From Escherichia phage UFV-AREG1, in sequence record KX009778: a stretch of 64,000 nucleotides of DNA. One strand, given 5' to 3'. Position numbers and translations under genes: made by a program. Positions 35,925-46,063 of this stretch are shown here, piece by piece; positions within the stretch are counted from its first letter, which is position 1; each line of letters starts with the position of its first letter. The notes under the pieces were generated by a model that saw only the letters and a list, made by a program, of their open reading frames with translations, was not told where the DNA came from and searched no databases.

Positions 35925-36562
35925 TGAATGAACCCCAATTACTAATTGAAACTTGGGGTCAACCTGGCGAAATTATTGATGGCGTGCCAATGCTTGAATC
36001 TCACGATGGAAAAGACTTAGGTTTAAAACCGGGTTTATACATCGAAGGAATATTCATGCAAGCGGAAGTCGTCAATAGAAATAAACGTCTTTATCCAAAA
36101 CGCATATTAGAAAAAGCGGTAAAAGACTATATCAATGAGCAAGTTTTAACTAAACAAGCTCTCGGAGAATTAAATCATCCTCCACGCGCTAATGTTGACC
36201 CGATGCAAGCCGCTATCATTATAGAAGATATGTGGTGGAAAGGAAATGACGTATACGGACGAGCTCGTGTTATTGAAGGTGACCACGGTCCTGGAGATAA
36301 ATTAGCAGCTAATATTCGTGCCGGATGGATTCCAGGAGTTTCTTCTCGTGGATTAGGTTCATTGACTGACACAAATAAAGGTTATCGTATCGTAAACGAA
36401 GGATTCAAATTAACTGTAGGTGTTGATGCAGTATGGGGTCCAAGTGCTCCAGATGCATGGGTAACTCCTAAGGAAATTACCGAATCACAGACGGCGGAAG
36501 CCGATACAAGTGCCGATGACGCCTATATGGCTCTCGCAGAGGCCATGAAAAAAGCGTTATAA
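35924..36562 (+). CDS. 21: gp21 prohead core scaffold protein and protease
   Basis: 212 aa; length and order match T4. Confidence 0.95.
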   Translation: MNEPQLLIETWGQPGEIIDGVPMLESHDGKDLGLKPGLYIEGIFMQAEVVNRNKRLYPKRILEKAVKDYINEQVLTKQALGELNHPPRANVDPMQAAIIIEDMWWKGNDVYGRARVIEGDHGPGDKLAANIRAGWIPGVSSRGLGSLTDTNKGYRIVNEGFKLTVGVDAVWGPSAPDAWVTPKEITESQTAEADTSADDAYMALAEAMKKAL

Positions 36563-36592
36563 ATATTATTATCTAAACAACAGGACTACAAA

Positions 36593-37402
36593 ATGCTTAA
36601 AGAACAACTGATTGCCGAAGCGCAGAAAATTGATGCTTCCGTTGCTCTTGATAGTATTTTCGAATCAGTTAATATTTCTCCGGAAGCAAAAGAAACTTTC
36701 GGCACTGTATTCGAAGCTACCGTCAAGCAGCACGCCGTTAAATTAGCTGAATCTCATATCGCTAAAATTGCTGAAAAAGCAGAAGAAGAAGTAGAAAAAA
36801 ATAAAGAAGAAGCCGAAGAAAAAGCTGAGAAGAAAATCGCTGAGCAAGCTTCTAAATTCATCGACCATCTTGCGAAAGAATGGCTCGCTGAAAATAAATT
36901 AGCAGTTGATAAAGGCATCAAAGCCGAACTGTTTGAATCCATGCTTGGTGGATTAAAAGAGCTCTTTGTTGAACACAACGTTGTTGTTCCAGAAGAATCA
37001 GTTGATGTTGTAGCTGAAATGGAAGAAGAGCTGCAAGAACATAAAGAAGAATCAGCTCGTCTGTTCGAAGAACTCAATAAGCGTGACGCATATATCAATT
37101 ATGTGCAGCGTGAAGTGGCATTGAGCGAAAGTACTAAAGATCTGACTGAGTCTCAAAAAGAAAAAGTCTCTGCTCTGGTCGAAGGTATGGATTATTCAGA
37201 TGAATTCTCAAGTAAATTGAGTGCCATCGTAGAAATGGTGAAGAAGTCTAATAAAGATGAAAGCACTATTACTGAGGGTATAAATACTCCTGATACTGAA
37301 GCAGCCGGACTGAATTTCGTCACTGAAGCTGTAGAAGATAAAGCTGCACCTGGTGCAGAAGATATTGTAAGTGTATATGCGAAAGTCGCATCTCGTTTCT
37401 AA
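36593..37402 (+). CDS. 22: gp22 prohead core scaffold protein
   Basis: 269 aa; acidic coiled-coil; length and order match T4. Confidence 0.95.
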   Translation: MLKEQLIAEAQKIDASVALDSIFESVNISPEAKETFGTVFEATVKQHAVKLAESHIAKIAEKAEEEVEKNKEEAEEKAEKKIAEQASKFIDHLAKEWLAENKLAVDKGIKAELFESMLGGLKELFVEHNVVVPEESVDVVAEMEEELQEHKEESARLFEELNKRDAYINYVQREVALSESTKDLTESQKEKVSALVEGMDYSDEFSSKLSAIVEMVKKSNKDESTITEGINTPDTEAAGLNFVTEAVEDKAAPGAEDIVSVYAKVASRF

Positions 37403-37420
37403 TTTTAAAGGTTAACACAA

Positions 37421-38986
37421 ATGACTATCAAAACTAAAGCTGAACTTTTGAACAAATGGAAGCCATTACTGGAAGGTGAAGGTTTACCGGAAATTGCTAA
37501 TAGCAAACAAGCGATTATCGCTAAAATCTTTGAAAACCAGGAAAAAGATTTCCAGACAGCTCCGGAATATAAAGACGAAAAAATTGCTCAGGCATTTGGT
37601 TCTTTCTTAACAGAAGCTGAAATCGGTGGTGACCACGGTTACAATGCTACTAACATCGCTGCAGGTCAGACTTCTGGCGCAGTAACTCAGATTGGCCCGG
37701 CTGTTATGGGTATGGTACGTCGTGCTATTCCTAACCTGATTGCTTTCGATATTTGCGGTGTTCAACCAATGAGCAGCCCAACCGGTCAGGTATTCGCACT
37801 CCGCGCGGTATATGGTAAAGATCCGATCGCTTCCGATGCTAAAGAAGCATTCCACCCAATGTATGGTCCAGACGCAATGTTCTCTGGTCAGGGTGCTGCT
37901 AAGAAATTCCCAGCTCTGGCTGCTAGCACACAAACCGTTGTAGGTGATATCTATACTCACTTCTTCCAGGAAACTGGTACTGTGTATCTGCAAGCTTCCG
38001 CTGTAGTAACAATCGATGCTGGTGCGACTGATGCTGCTAAATTAGATGCTGAAATTAAGAAACAAATGGAAGCTGGTGTACTGGTAGAAATCGCTGAAGG
38101 TATGGCTACTTCTATCGCTGAACTTCAGGAAGGTTTCAACGGTTCTACCGATAACCCATGGAATGAAATGGGCTTCCGTATCGATAAACAAGTTATCGAA
38201 GCTAAATCTCGCCAGCTGAAAGCTGCTTACTCTATCGAATTAGCACAAGACCTCCGCGCTGTTCACGGTATGGATGCTGATGCTGAACTGTCTGGTATTC
38301 TGGCTACCGAAATCATGCTGGAAATCAACCGCGAAGTTGTTGATTGGATTAACTACTCGGCTCAGGTTGGTAAATCTGGTATGACCCTGACTCCGGGTTC
38401 TAAAGCTGGTGTATTTGACTTCCAGGATCCGATTGATATTCGTGGTGCTCGCTGGGCGGGTGAATCCTTTAAAGCTCTGTTGTTCCAGATTGACAAAGAA
38501 GCAGTTGAAATTGCTCGTCAGACCGGTCGTGGTGAAGGTAACTTCATTATCGCTTCCCGTAACGTAGTTAACGTTCTGGCTTCAGTTGATACTGGCATTT
38601 CTTATGCTGCACAGGGTCTGGCTACCGGCTTTAACACTGATACTACCAAGTCAGTATTTGCGGGTGTTCTGGGTGGTAAATACCGTGTATATATCGACCA
38701 GTATGCTAAACAGGATTATTTCACTGTAGGTTATAAAGGTCCGAACGAAATGGATGCTGGTATTTACTATGCTCCATATGTAGCTCTGACTCCGCTGCGT
38801 GGTTCCGATCCGAAGAACTTCCAACCAGTAATGGGATTCAAAACTCGTTACGGTATCGGTATCAACCCATTTGCAGAATCCGCTGCTCAGGCTCCGGCTT
38901 CTCGCATCCAGAGCGGTATGCCTTCTATTCTGAATAGCCTTGGTAAAAACGCTTACTTCCGCCGTGTATATGTTAAAGGTATCTAA
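37421..38986 (+). CDS. 23: gp23 major capsid protein
   Basis: 521 aa; codon usage shifts to highly expressed pattern (ctg/ggt/cgt rich); length matches T4. Confidence 0.97.
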   Translation: MTIKTKAELLNKWKPLLEGEGLPEIANSKQAIIAKIFENQEKDFQTAPEYKDEKIAQAFGSFLTEAEIGGDHGYNATNIAAGQTSGAVTQIGPAVMGMVRRAIPNLIAFDICGVQPMSSPTGQVFALRAVYGKDPIASDAKEAFHPMYGPDAMFSGQGAAKKFPALAASTQTVVGDIYTHFFQETGTVYLQASAVVTIDAGATDAAKLDAEIKKQMEAGVLVEIAEGMATSIAELQEGFNGSTDNPWNEMGFRIDKQVIEAKSRQLKAAYSIELAQDLRAVHGMDADAELSGILATEIMLEINREVVDWINYSAQVGKSGMTLTPGSKAGVFDFQDPIDIRGARWAGESFKALLFQIDKEAVEIARQTGRGEGNFIIASRNVVNVLASVDTGISYAAQGLATGFNTDTTKSVFAGVLGGKYRVYIDQYAKQDYFTVGYKGPNEMDAGIYYAPYVALTPLRGSDPKNFQPVMGFKTRYGIGINPFAESAAQAPASRIQSGMPSILNSLGKNAYFRRVYVKGI

Positions 38987-39001
38987 TCTTTGACGATTTA
39001 A

Positions 39002-39030
39002 GGGACCTTCGGGTCCCTTTAGTTGTTTTT
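39002..39030 (+). terminator. Intrinsic terminator after gene 23
   Basis: gggacc-ttcg-ggtccc UUCG-tetraloop hairpin followed by TTT...TTTTT. Confidence 0.6.
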
Positions 39031-39034
39031 ATGG

Positions 39035-39042
39035 TATAAATA
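39035..39042 (+). promoter_or_regulatory. T4 late promoter core TATAAATA (gene 24)
   Basis: Exact TATAAATA 27 nt upstream of gene 24 ATG. Confidence 0.6.
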
Positions 39043-39069
39043 AATCATATAAACCAAAAGGAAAGCGCA

Positions 39070-40353
39070 ATGGCTAAAATCAACGAACTTCTGCGCGAAT
39101 CAACCACAACGAATAGCAACTCAATCGGTCGCCCAAATCTCGTTGCTTTGACTCGCGCTACCACTAAATTAATATATTCTGACATTGTAGCAACGCAAAG
39201 AACTAATCAACCTGTTGCTGCTTTTTATGGTATCAAATACCTTAACCCAGATAACGAATTTACGTTTAAAACTGGTGCTACTTACGCTGGCGAAGCTGGA
39301 TATGTAGACCGAGAACAAATCACAGAATTAACAGAAGAGTCTAAATTAACTCTCAATAAAGGCGATTTATTCAAATATAATAATATCGTTTATAAAGTAT
39401 TAGAAGATACACCATTTGCTGATATTGAAGAAAGCGATTTAGAATTAGCTCTTCAGATTGCAATCGTTCTTTTAAAGGTTCGTCTATTTTCTGATGCTGC
39501 AGTAACAAGCAAATTTGAAAGCTCTGATAGTGAAATTGCGGATGCTAGATTCCAGATTAATAAATGGCAAACCGCAGTTAAATCTCGTAAACTTAAAACT
39601 GGTATCACAGTTGAATTAGCACAAGATTTAGAAGCAAATGGATTCGATGCTCCTAATTTCTTAGAAGATTTGCTTGCAACTGAAATGGCAGATGAAATCA
39701 ATAAAGATATTCTGCAGTCTTTGATTACAGTGTCAAAACGCTATAAAGTTACAGGAATTACTGACACTGGATTCATTGATTTGAGTTATGCATCTGCACC
39801 TGAAGCTGGTCGTTCATTATACCGAATGGTATGTGAAATGGTTTCACATATCCAAAAAGAATCAACTTACACAGCAACGTTCTGTGTTGCTTCAGCTCGT
39901 GCCGCCGCGATTCTTGCTGCATCAGGTTGGTTAAAACATAAACCAGAAGATGACAAATATCTTTCACAAAATGCCTATGGATTCTTAGCTAATGGTTTAC
40001 CGCTTTATTGCGATACTAACAGCCCATTAGATTATGTAATCGTTGGTGTAGTAGAAAATATTGGCGAAAAAGAAATTGTTGGGTCAATTTTCTATGCTCC
40101 GTATACAGAAGGTCTCGACTTAGATGACCCTGAACATGTAGGTGCATTTAAAGTTGTAGTTGATCCAGAAAGTTTGCAGCCATCTATCGGTTTATTGGTT
40201 AGATATGCTTTATCTGCAAATCCTTACACTGTAGCAAAAGATGAAAAAGAAGCAAGAATAATTGATGGTGGAGACATGGATAAAATGGCGGGTCGTTCAG
40301 ATTTGTCTGTTTTATTAGGTGTTAAGCTACCAAAAATTATTGTTGATGAATAA
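39070..40353 (+). CDS. 24: gp24 head vertex protein
   Basis: 427 aa, paralogous to gp23; length matches T4; no ORF between 23 and 24. Confidence 0.95.
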   Translation: MAKINELLRESTTTNSNSIGRPNLVALTRATTKLIYSDIVATQRTNQPVAAFYGIKYLNPDNEFTFKTGATYAGEAGYVDREQITELTEESKLTLNKGDLFKYNNIVYKVLEDTPFADIEESDLELALQIAIVLLKVRLFSDAAVTSKFESSDSEIADARFQINKWQTAVKSRKLKTGITVELAQDLEANGFDAPNFLEDLLATEMADEINKDILQSLITVSKRYKVTGITDTGFIDLSYASAPEAGRSLYRMVCEMVSHIQKESTYTATFCVASARAAAILAASGWLKHKPEDDKYLSQNAYGFLANGLPLYCDTNSPLDYVIVGVVENIGEKEIVGSIFYAPYTEGLDLDDPEHVGAFKVVVDPESLQPSIGLLVRYALSANPYTVAKDEKEARIIDGGDMDKMAGRSDLSVLLGVKLPKIIVDE

Positions 40354-40382
40354 AACAAAGGGACCTTTCGGTCCCTTTTTAT
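40352..40382. terminator. Bidirectional intrinsic terminator between gene 24 and rnlB
   Basis: agggacc-tttc-ggtccct hairpin flanked by A-run on one side and T-run on the other, between convergent genes. Confidence 0.6.
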
Positions 40383-41387
40383 TTAACTTACCAATTCAAT
40401 CCAAGCCGGACGAAGTACATCTTGTACCATTTTAACTAATTCCTTTTTAATCAAAGAAGGATTATCCGCTTGAGTTAGAGTAATACCTTCACGAGAAGTT
40501 TCTTCCAAAATATCTTGAACAGTTAGTCCCATCACCTTTCCAAAATCTTTTGGACCAATTTCACCAATTTTAGAAATAACGTTATTTACTCGGTTCAGTG
40601 TAACGTAGCAAGCTAAAATTCCCAGCAATTTATTATCAGCTTCTGACAGCTCAACTTTAGCTTTAATAGGCTTATCAGACTTTTTCTTTTCGCTAAATTT
40701 AGAGTTCTTGCATTTGATGGCTACACGATTGCCATTAGGCATCCAAGAAGGATAACAAGGTTTCAATACATATCCTTCAGCGGTAAATACTTCGCCTTTG
40801 GCTTCGGCATTCCAAACGCATTTATTTGCATCAACTAATCCAGCATGGTCTACTGTAAAATTATAATCTTGGACAACAGAATCTAAATCATTTGGCAATT
40901 TAATAAGCTCTTCAAATTTACCGCGGCCTAAAAGTGGAGCCATTTTAAATTTAAATGTATTACAGAATGATTCCATCATATAATCATCGACATAAGTCAC
41001 ATCACCACTTTCTGTAGTGACAATAATGTCAAATACATAAAAATCTTTATCACCATAATCAACATTCTTCTGAATGCCAGGTCCAGCGAATTCACCAAAG
41101 ACTTGATAAGATACAACTGCTGAAGTTTCCATAATATCTTGTACTGCTTTAATGGAATCAGCGTAATTCTTCAAAATAATTTCATACCCAAAGAAATCTT
41201 CAGCAGGAAGAATAGGACCAGTACGTTTAGCGCAAGTTACTTTATCACGCTCAATAATCAACGAGAAATTTGTGCCATGAATCTTTTCACGAGCTACCCA
41301 CTCCCCACCAGTCAATCCCAAGCTATAAAGTTTTTCAATAAATTTAGAGTTGTAATGATTTTCAAGACTGCTATACTTTTTAAACAT
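40383..41387 (-). CDS. rnlB: RNA ligase 2 (Rnl2)
   Basis: 334 aa; nucleotidyltransferase motif I KIHGTN with adenylated lysine; length matches T4 Rnl2. Confidence 0.9.
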   Translation of the reverse strand: MFKKYSSLENHYNSKFIEKLYSLGLTGGEWVAREKIHGTNFSLIIERDKVTCAKRTGPILPAEDFFGYEIILKNYADSIKAVQDIMETSAVVSYQVFGEFAGPGIQKNVDYGDKDFYVFDIIVTTESGDVTYVDDYMMESFCNTFKFKMAPLLGRGKFEELIKLPNDLDSVVQDYNFTVDHAGLVDANKCVWNAEAKGEVFTAEGYVLKPCYPSWMPNGNRVAIKCKNSKFSEKKKSDKPIKAKVELSEADNKLLGILACYVTLNRVNNVISKIGEIGPKDFGKVMGLTVQDILEETSREGITLTQADNPSLIKKELVKMVQDVLRPAWIELVS

Positions 41388-41396
41388 AATTAATCC

Positions 41397-41675
41397 TCAA
41401 AATGTAATTTCTAACCAATCACCATCACGCTGATCACTATTAACTTTAAAGCTAAATCCTTCTTTTCTCAGCCAATCACCAATTTCTTCAGTAATCAATT
41501 TATCACGAGCAATGCAATAATAACTAAAATGTGTTTTACCTTGTTCAGCTGCTTTATTAGCAAGTTCTGAAAAATCTTTAATAAAGCACTCTAGCTTAAA
41601 CTGTTTACTTTTTAATGCTTTTTCGCGCAATTGATTAGCAAAAGATTCATTTTCATAAAGATCATACTGTTCCAT
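41397..41675 (-). CDS. Hypothetical protein, 92 aa (24.2-like position)
   Basis: ORF between rnlB and hoc as in T4; no motif. Confidence 0.6.
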   Translation of the reverse strand: MEQYDLYENESFANQLREKALKSKQFKLECFIKDFSELANKAAEQGKTHFSYYCIARDKLITEEIGDWLRKEGFSFKVNSDQRDGDWLEITF

Positions 41676-41877
41676 TTTTCACCTTTTTATTGATATGTCT
41701 TTTTCTATAGACAACTTTTTCTCGAGTTTCAAATTTATTCTTAGCAGTCATAGCTCGAGCCCATAATACAGCCACTTCTTTTGCCTGTAAGTTTAATTCA
41801 CGAGCAATTTCAATGAATGACTTTCCAGACTCATGAAGAGTAAACACCACAACCTCAGTTCTCATAATCAATCTCAT
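41662..41877 (-). CDS. Hypothetical small protein with helix-turn-helix-like segment, 71 aa (24.3-like position)
   Basis: ORF overlapping downstream gene; ESGKSFIEIARELNLQAKEV resembles an HTH. Confidence 0.55.
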   Translation of the reverse strand: MRLIMRTEVVVFTLHESGKSFIEIARELNLQAKEVAVLWARAMTAKNKFETREKVVYRKRHINKKVKNGTV

Positions 41878-41939
41878 GTTATCGAGTTGGTGCCATTATA
41901 TACATCATTTTCTGATTGTGTTTTGTGTGCTTTCAAAAT

Positions 41940-41962
41940 GAAGAAAGGGGCCGAAGCCCCTT
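41940..41962 (-). terminator. UUCG-tetraloop hairpin after hoc (minus strand)
   Basis: ggggc-cgaa-gcccc on plus, GGGGCUUCGGCCCC on the minus transcript followed by a U-rich tract. Confidence 0.5.
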
Positions 41963-41966
41963 ACGA

Positions 41967-43097
41967 TTATGGATAGGTATAGATGATACCAGTTTCTAAA
42001 GCAGTTTTATGAATGATGTATCCATTACGTGATTCTTGAACATCAACTTCTGGATAGTCTTTCATCATCTTCTGAAGAGTATAACGATGCAAGTAGTATT
42101 TACTATCTGGATCGTCAGTTTTCCAATCTTTACCTTCTTCGGTCATTTTTTGGATTTCATCCATAACCCACCAACCGCACCAGATGTAAGCTGAAGTACG
42201 ATGTGGAAGAGGATGAACATAAGGTAATTCACCTTCTGGTTCTGGAGCAACTTTATCAGTTACCTGAACTTGACCTTCTGCTGTAATAGTTTTGCTATCA
42301 TAATCAGTAGCAGTAACAGTTGCAGTAACTTCAATAGTTTGACTTCCAATAGATGAGGTATCAACGGTATATACATTAGTTGACCCTTCTACAGGAGAAG
42401 AATCTTTCTTCCATGAATATTCAATTTGCGCTTCTTCTGGAGCATCCGTAACATTAGCCGTAAATGTAGCCGAAGCATCTTGCTGAACGTTAATAGAAGG
42501 AGGAGTCAATGTAATCTGTGGATTCATTGTCTTCTTATTAACAGTCAGTGATACTTCATTAGAAGTAACTTCTTTTGCATCATAATCTGTTGCCGTCACT
42601 TGGGCTACACATTTAATTCTTTTTACTCCACTTGTAGTTGGAGTATAGCTAAATGTAGCGTTAGTTGCTTCGCTCACAGGAGAATCATCTACATGCCACT
42701 GATACGTAGCAGATGCGCCTGATGGTTGAGAAGCTAAAGCAGCAGTAAATTCAACAGCTGTTCCGATTACTCCAGCAGCAGGGCTATCAGGAGTTACAGC
42801 CAATGTAGTTGTCTGAGTTTTATTTTGAACTGTGATAGTAGTTGACGCTTGAGCTGTTTCAGCTTCAGTATCAGGAACTGGATTTGTTGCAACTACCTTA
42901 ATAGTCTTTTGACCGGCAGGTCCTTTTAACACATAATCAAAAGTTGCCTCTGATCCTTCCTGAGGAACATCATCTACAGTCCAAGCATATGTAATAGGTC
43001 CATCTCCAGTTTGACCACTGGGCGTAGCAGTAAACTGCTGAGTCTGATCTATAACTCCAGTAGGTGTTTTAGGAGTTATATCAACTGTAAAAGCCAT
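41967..43097 (-). CDS. hoc: Hoc, highly immunogenic outer capsid protein (Ig-like domains)
   Basis: 376 aa; three internally repeated Ig-like modules (TYAWTVDD..., TYQWHVDD..., EYSWKKDS...); length matches T4. Confidence 0.9.
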   Translation of the reverse strand: MAFTVDITPKTPTGVIDQTQQFTATPSGQTGDGPITYAWTVDDVPQEGSEATFDYVLKGPAGQKTIKVVATNPVPDTEAETAQASTTITVQNKTQTTTLAVTPDSPAAGVIGTAVEFTAALASQPSGASATYQWHVDDSPVSEATNATFSYTPTTSGVKRIKCVAQVTATDYDAKEVTSNEVSLTVNKKTMNPQITLTPPSINVQQDASATFTANVTDAPEEAQIEYSWKKDSSPVEGSTNVYTVDTSSIGSQTIEVTATVTATDYDSKTITAEGQVQVTDKVAPEPEGELPYVHPLPHRTSAYIWCGWWVMDEIQKMTEEGKDWKTDDPDSKYYLHRYTLQKMMKDYPEVDVQESRNGYIIHKTALETGIIYTYP

Positions 43098-43106
43098 AAG
43101 TTATCC

Positions 43107-43787
43107 TTATTTTAATGTTACGAAAGAAGAATTGCGTGTTTCACGAATTAAAACTGATCCGTCACGGTTAATGTAATAAATTAAGCTAAATAAAGTTTGG
43201 TGTGCTGACGCGTGTTCAAAACTAGTTGGGTGAGATTTCCAATCCGGAGTTTCAGCAATCCATTGATAAATCCACCAAGGAACAGTACAGAATCCTGGAT
43301 TTTTTCCAATCAGCTGAAGATTCGGACTAAAGTTTTCCGGAAGAGTAAATACAGACGGCTTTTCAGATTCAATAATCTCAGCTACGGCCTGCTCGAATTT
43401 TTCTTCAACAAAAGGAGTATCTTCAATCAAAACATCGGTATTTTCGGGAATTTTATCCGTTTCGACTACTTCAATTTTAATGTCAGATTTAACCGGAGAA
43501 TCAATCAGAAGTGCTGCTTCTGGATTGACTTCTTCATCGTCATATTTTAATCCCTCTGCGGCATCAGCAGCATTGATTAAGTCTTTAATAGATAACCCAT
43601 CAGTCTCTGGCATAGGTTCACTAGCGAGCTTCTGGAGGGCTTCTTCAATATCAATAACGATATTATCAAAAGATTTATTCTTTTTGACCTTTATACCAAA
43701 CTGTTCAGCATATTCAGCTAATTTAGCTTTAGCTTCTTTATTATCATCAAGAGCCTTCAGCTCTGCAATATAATCTTTATCTATCAT
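43107..43787 (-). CDS. inh: Inh, inhibitor of prohead protease gp21
   Basis: 226 aa; position between hoc and uvsW as in T4. Confidence 0.8.
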   Translation of the reverse strand: MIDKDYIAELKALDDNKEAKAKLAEYAEQFGIKVKKNKSFDNIVIDIEEALQKLASEPMPETDGLSIKDLINAADAAEGLKYDDEEVNPEAALLIDSPVKSDIKIEVVETDKIPENTDVLIEDTPFVEEKFEQAVAEIIESEKPSVFTLPENFSPNLQLIGKNPGFCTVPWWIYQWIAETPDWKSHPTSFEHASAHQTLFSLIYYINRDGSVLIRETRNSSFVTLK

Positions 43788-43800
43788 AATATTTCCTCAG

Positions 43801-43808
43801 TATAAATA
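43801..43808 (+). promoter_or_regulatory. T4 late promoter core TATAAATA (uvsW)
   Basis: Exact TATAAATA 30 nt upstream of uvsW ATG in the divergent inh/uvsW intergenic region. Confidence 0.55.
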
Positions 43809-43837
43809 TAGATATATTTATTACATGGTATTTAGAC

Positions 43838-45349
43838 ATGACTGACATTAAAGTACATTTTTATGATTTTAGTCACGTGAGAATTGATTGTGAAGAAAGT
43901 ACATTTCATGAACTCCGTGATTTCTTTAGCTTTGAAGCTGATGGGTATCGTTTTAATCCTCGCTTCAGATATGGCAACTGGGATGGGCGAATCCGTCTTT
44001 TAGATTATAATCGACTTCTTCCATTCGGCTTAGTCGGGCAAATTAAAAAGTTCTGTGATAACTTTGGCTATAAAGCCTGGATTGACCCGCAGATTAACGA
44101 AAAAGAAGAATTATCAAGAAAAGATTTTGATGAATGGCTTTCTAAATTAGAAATCTATTCAGGAAATAAAAGAATTGAACCGCATTGGTATCAAAAAGAT
44201 GCAGTGTTCGAAGGATTAGTTAATCGTCGTAGAATTCTTAATCTTCCAACATCCGCAGGTAAATCCTTAATTCAAGCTTTGCTTGCACGTTATTATTTGG
44301 AAAATTATGAAGGTAAAATTCTTATCATTGTTCCAACAACTGCTTTGACAACTCAGATGGCTGATGACTTTGTTGACTATCGTTTATTCAGTCATGCAAT
44401 GATAAAGAAAATCGGTGGTGGAGCATCAAAAGATGATAAATATAAAAATGATGCACCAGTCGTTGTTGGTACATGGCAAACTGTAGTAAAACAACCAAAA
44501 GAATGGTTTTCCCAATTTGGTATGATGATGAATGATGAATGCCATCTTGCTACAGGAAAAAGTATTTCATCTATCATATCAGGTTTAAATAACTGCATGT
44601 TCAAATTTGGTCTATCGGGTTCATTACGTGATGGCAAAGCTAATATCATGCAGTATGTTGGAATGTTTGGTGAAATATTTAAGCCAGTAACGACTTCTAA
44701 ATTAATGGAAGATGGACAAGTAACTGAGTTAAAAATTAATAGTATTTTTCTTCGTTATCCTGATGAGTTCACTACTAAATTAAAGGGAAAAACTTACCAA
44801 GAAGAAATAAAAATTATTACTGGGCTCAGTAAAAGAAATAAATGGATCGCTAAATTAGCTATTAAACTTGCGCAAAAAGATGAAAACGCTTTTGTCATGT
44901 TTAAGCATGTATCACATGGTAAAGCTATTTTCGATTTAATTAAAAATGAATACGATAAAGTTTATTACGTATCAGGGGAAGTTGATACCGAAACCCGTAA
45001 TGTAATGAAAACATTAGCTGAAAACGGTAAAGGAATAATTATAGTAGCTAGTTATGGTGTATTTTCTACTGGTATTTCAGTTAAAAATCTGCATCACGTT
45101 GTTTTAGCGCACGGTGTTAAATCTAAAATTATTGTATTGCAAACAATAGGTCGTGTATTACGTAAGCATGGTTCTAAGACAATAGCAACAGTCTGGGACC
45201 TCATAGATGACGCGGGCGTGGTTTCTAAATCAAAAACATCTTCTAAAAAATACTCGCATTTAAACTATCTTTTAAAACATGGACTTGATCGTATTCAGCG
45301 TTATGCTGATGAAAAGTTTAATTATGTGATGAAAGAGGTTAAACTTTGA
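43838..45349 (+). CDS. uvsW: UvsW ATP-dependent DNA/RNA helicase (SF2)
   Basis: 503 aa; Walker A PTSAGKS, DECH box (MNDECHLA), C-terminal helicase motifs. Confidence 0.9.
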   Translation: MTDIKVHFYDFSHVRIDCEESTFHELRDFFSFEADGYRFNPRFRYGNWDGRIRLLDYNRLLPFGLVGQIKKFCDNFGYKAWIDPQINEKEELSRKDFDEWLSKLEIYSGNKRIEPHWYQKDAVFEGLVNRRRILNLPTSAGKSLIQALLARYYLENYEGKILIIVPTTALTTQMADDFVDYRLFSHAMIKKIGGGASKDDKYKNDAPVVVGTWQTVVKQPKEWFSQFGMMMNDECHLATGKSISSIISGLNNCMFKFGLSGSLRDGKANIMQYVGMFGEIFKPVTTSKLMEDGQVTELKINSIFLRYPDEFTTKLKGKTYQEEIKIITGLSKRNKWIAKLAIKLAQKDENAFVMFKHVSHGKAIFDLIKNEYDKVYYVSGEVDTETRNVMKTLAENGKGIIIVASYGVFSTGISVKNLHHVVLAHGVKSKIIVLQTIGRVLRKHGSKTIATVWDLIDDAGVVSKSKTSSKKYSHLNYLLKHGLDRIQRYADEKFNYVMKEVKL

Positions 45350-46038
45350 ATTATAAATTAATATATGATAATTTAATTAATAGAGCCCAGAATCGGGCTC
45401 GCCTTAATGGATACACTGAAACTCATCATATAATTCCTAGATGTATGGGTGGTACAGATGATAGGTGTAATTTAGTAGAACTAACAGCTGAAGAACATTT
45501 TATAGCCCATAAACTTTTAGCTAAAATTCATCCAAATCATTACGGTATAATTAAAGCCGTTATATGTATGGGAATGAACTCAAAGACTCATGAAAGACAC
45601 GTTAATAAATCTTACGCATGGGAACGTCGTAAAATGGCAGAACTTCAATCCGGTGAAGGTAATCCATTTTACGGAAAACACCATACGGAAGAACATAAAC
45701 AATATATGTCAAAACTCATGAAAAGTCGTCCAATTACATGGGGAAATAAAATTAGTAAAACTAAAAGAATGAACCCAACAAAATGGACCGAAGAAGCTAA
45801 AAGATTACATTCAATCAATCAATCGGGTAAAAATAATGGCATGTATGGAAGGAAACATTCCGCTAAATCTATTCAGAAAATTAAAGATAACATGCCAGAT
45901 AATTCAGGAGCTAATAACCCAGCTGCTAAACCTATAGAAGTAAATGGTGTTAAATATAAATGTATGAAAGACGCTTCTAAAGCTGCTGGATTATCAATGT
46001 ACAAACTAAGAATACTCAGAAAAACAGTTAATTTATAA
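45346..46038 (+). mobile_element. Freestanding HNH homing endonuclease (Mob-like), 230 aa, probable TTG start overlapping uvsW stop
   Basis: HNH motif ETHHIIPRCMGGTDDRCNLVELTAEEHFIAH; repeated NPFYGKHH / NNGMYGRKH NUMOD-like segments; C-terminal DNA-binding-like tail; AAGAGG SD 7 nt before TTG; no ATG upstream of the HNH motif. Confidence 0.7.
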
Positions 46039-46052
46039 GGGCTTCGGCCCTT
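46037..46052 (+). terminator. UUCG-tetraloop hairpin after the HNH gene
   Basis: aagggc-ttcg-gccctt followed by TT. Confidence 0.45.
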
Positions 46053-46063
46053 TGGAGAAAAAG

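Noticed and set aside
36754-37098. 114-aa minus-strand ORF inside gene 22
   Set aside because: Antisense to the scaffold protein gene, Ser/Ala-rich low-complexity translation, no RBS.
39070-40353. Group I intron or intein in structural or nucleotide-metabolism genes
   Set aside because: All structural ORFs are uninterrupted at T4-like lengths; no long non-coding insertions with intron-like P-helices were seen inside genes in this window.
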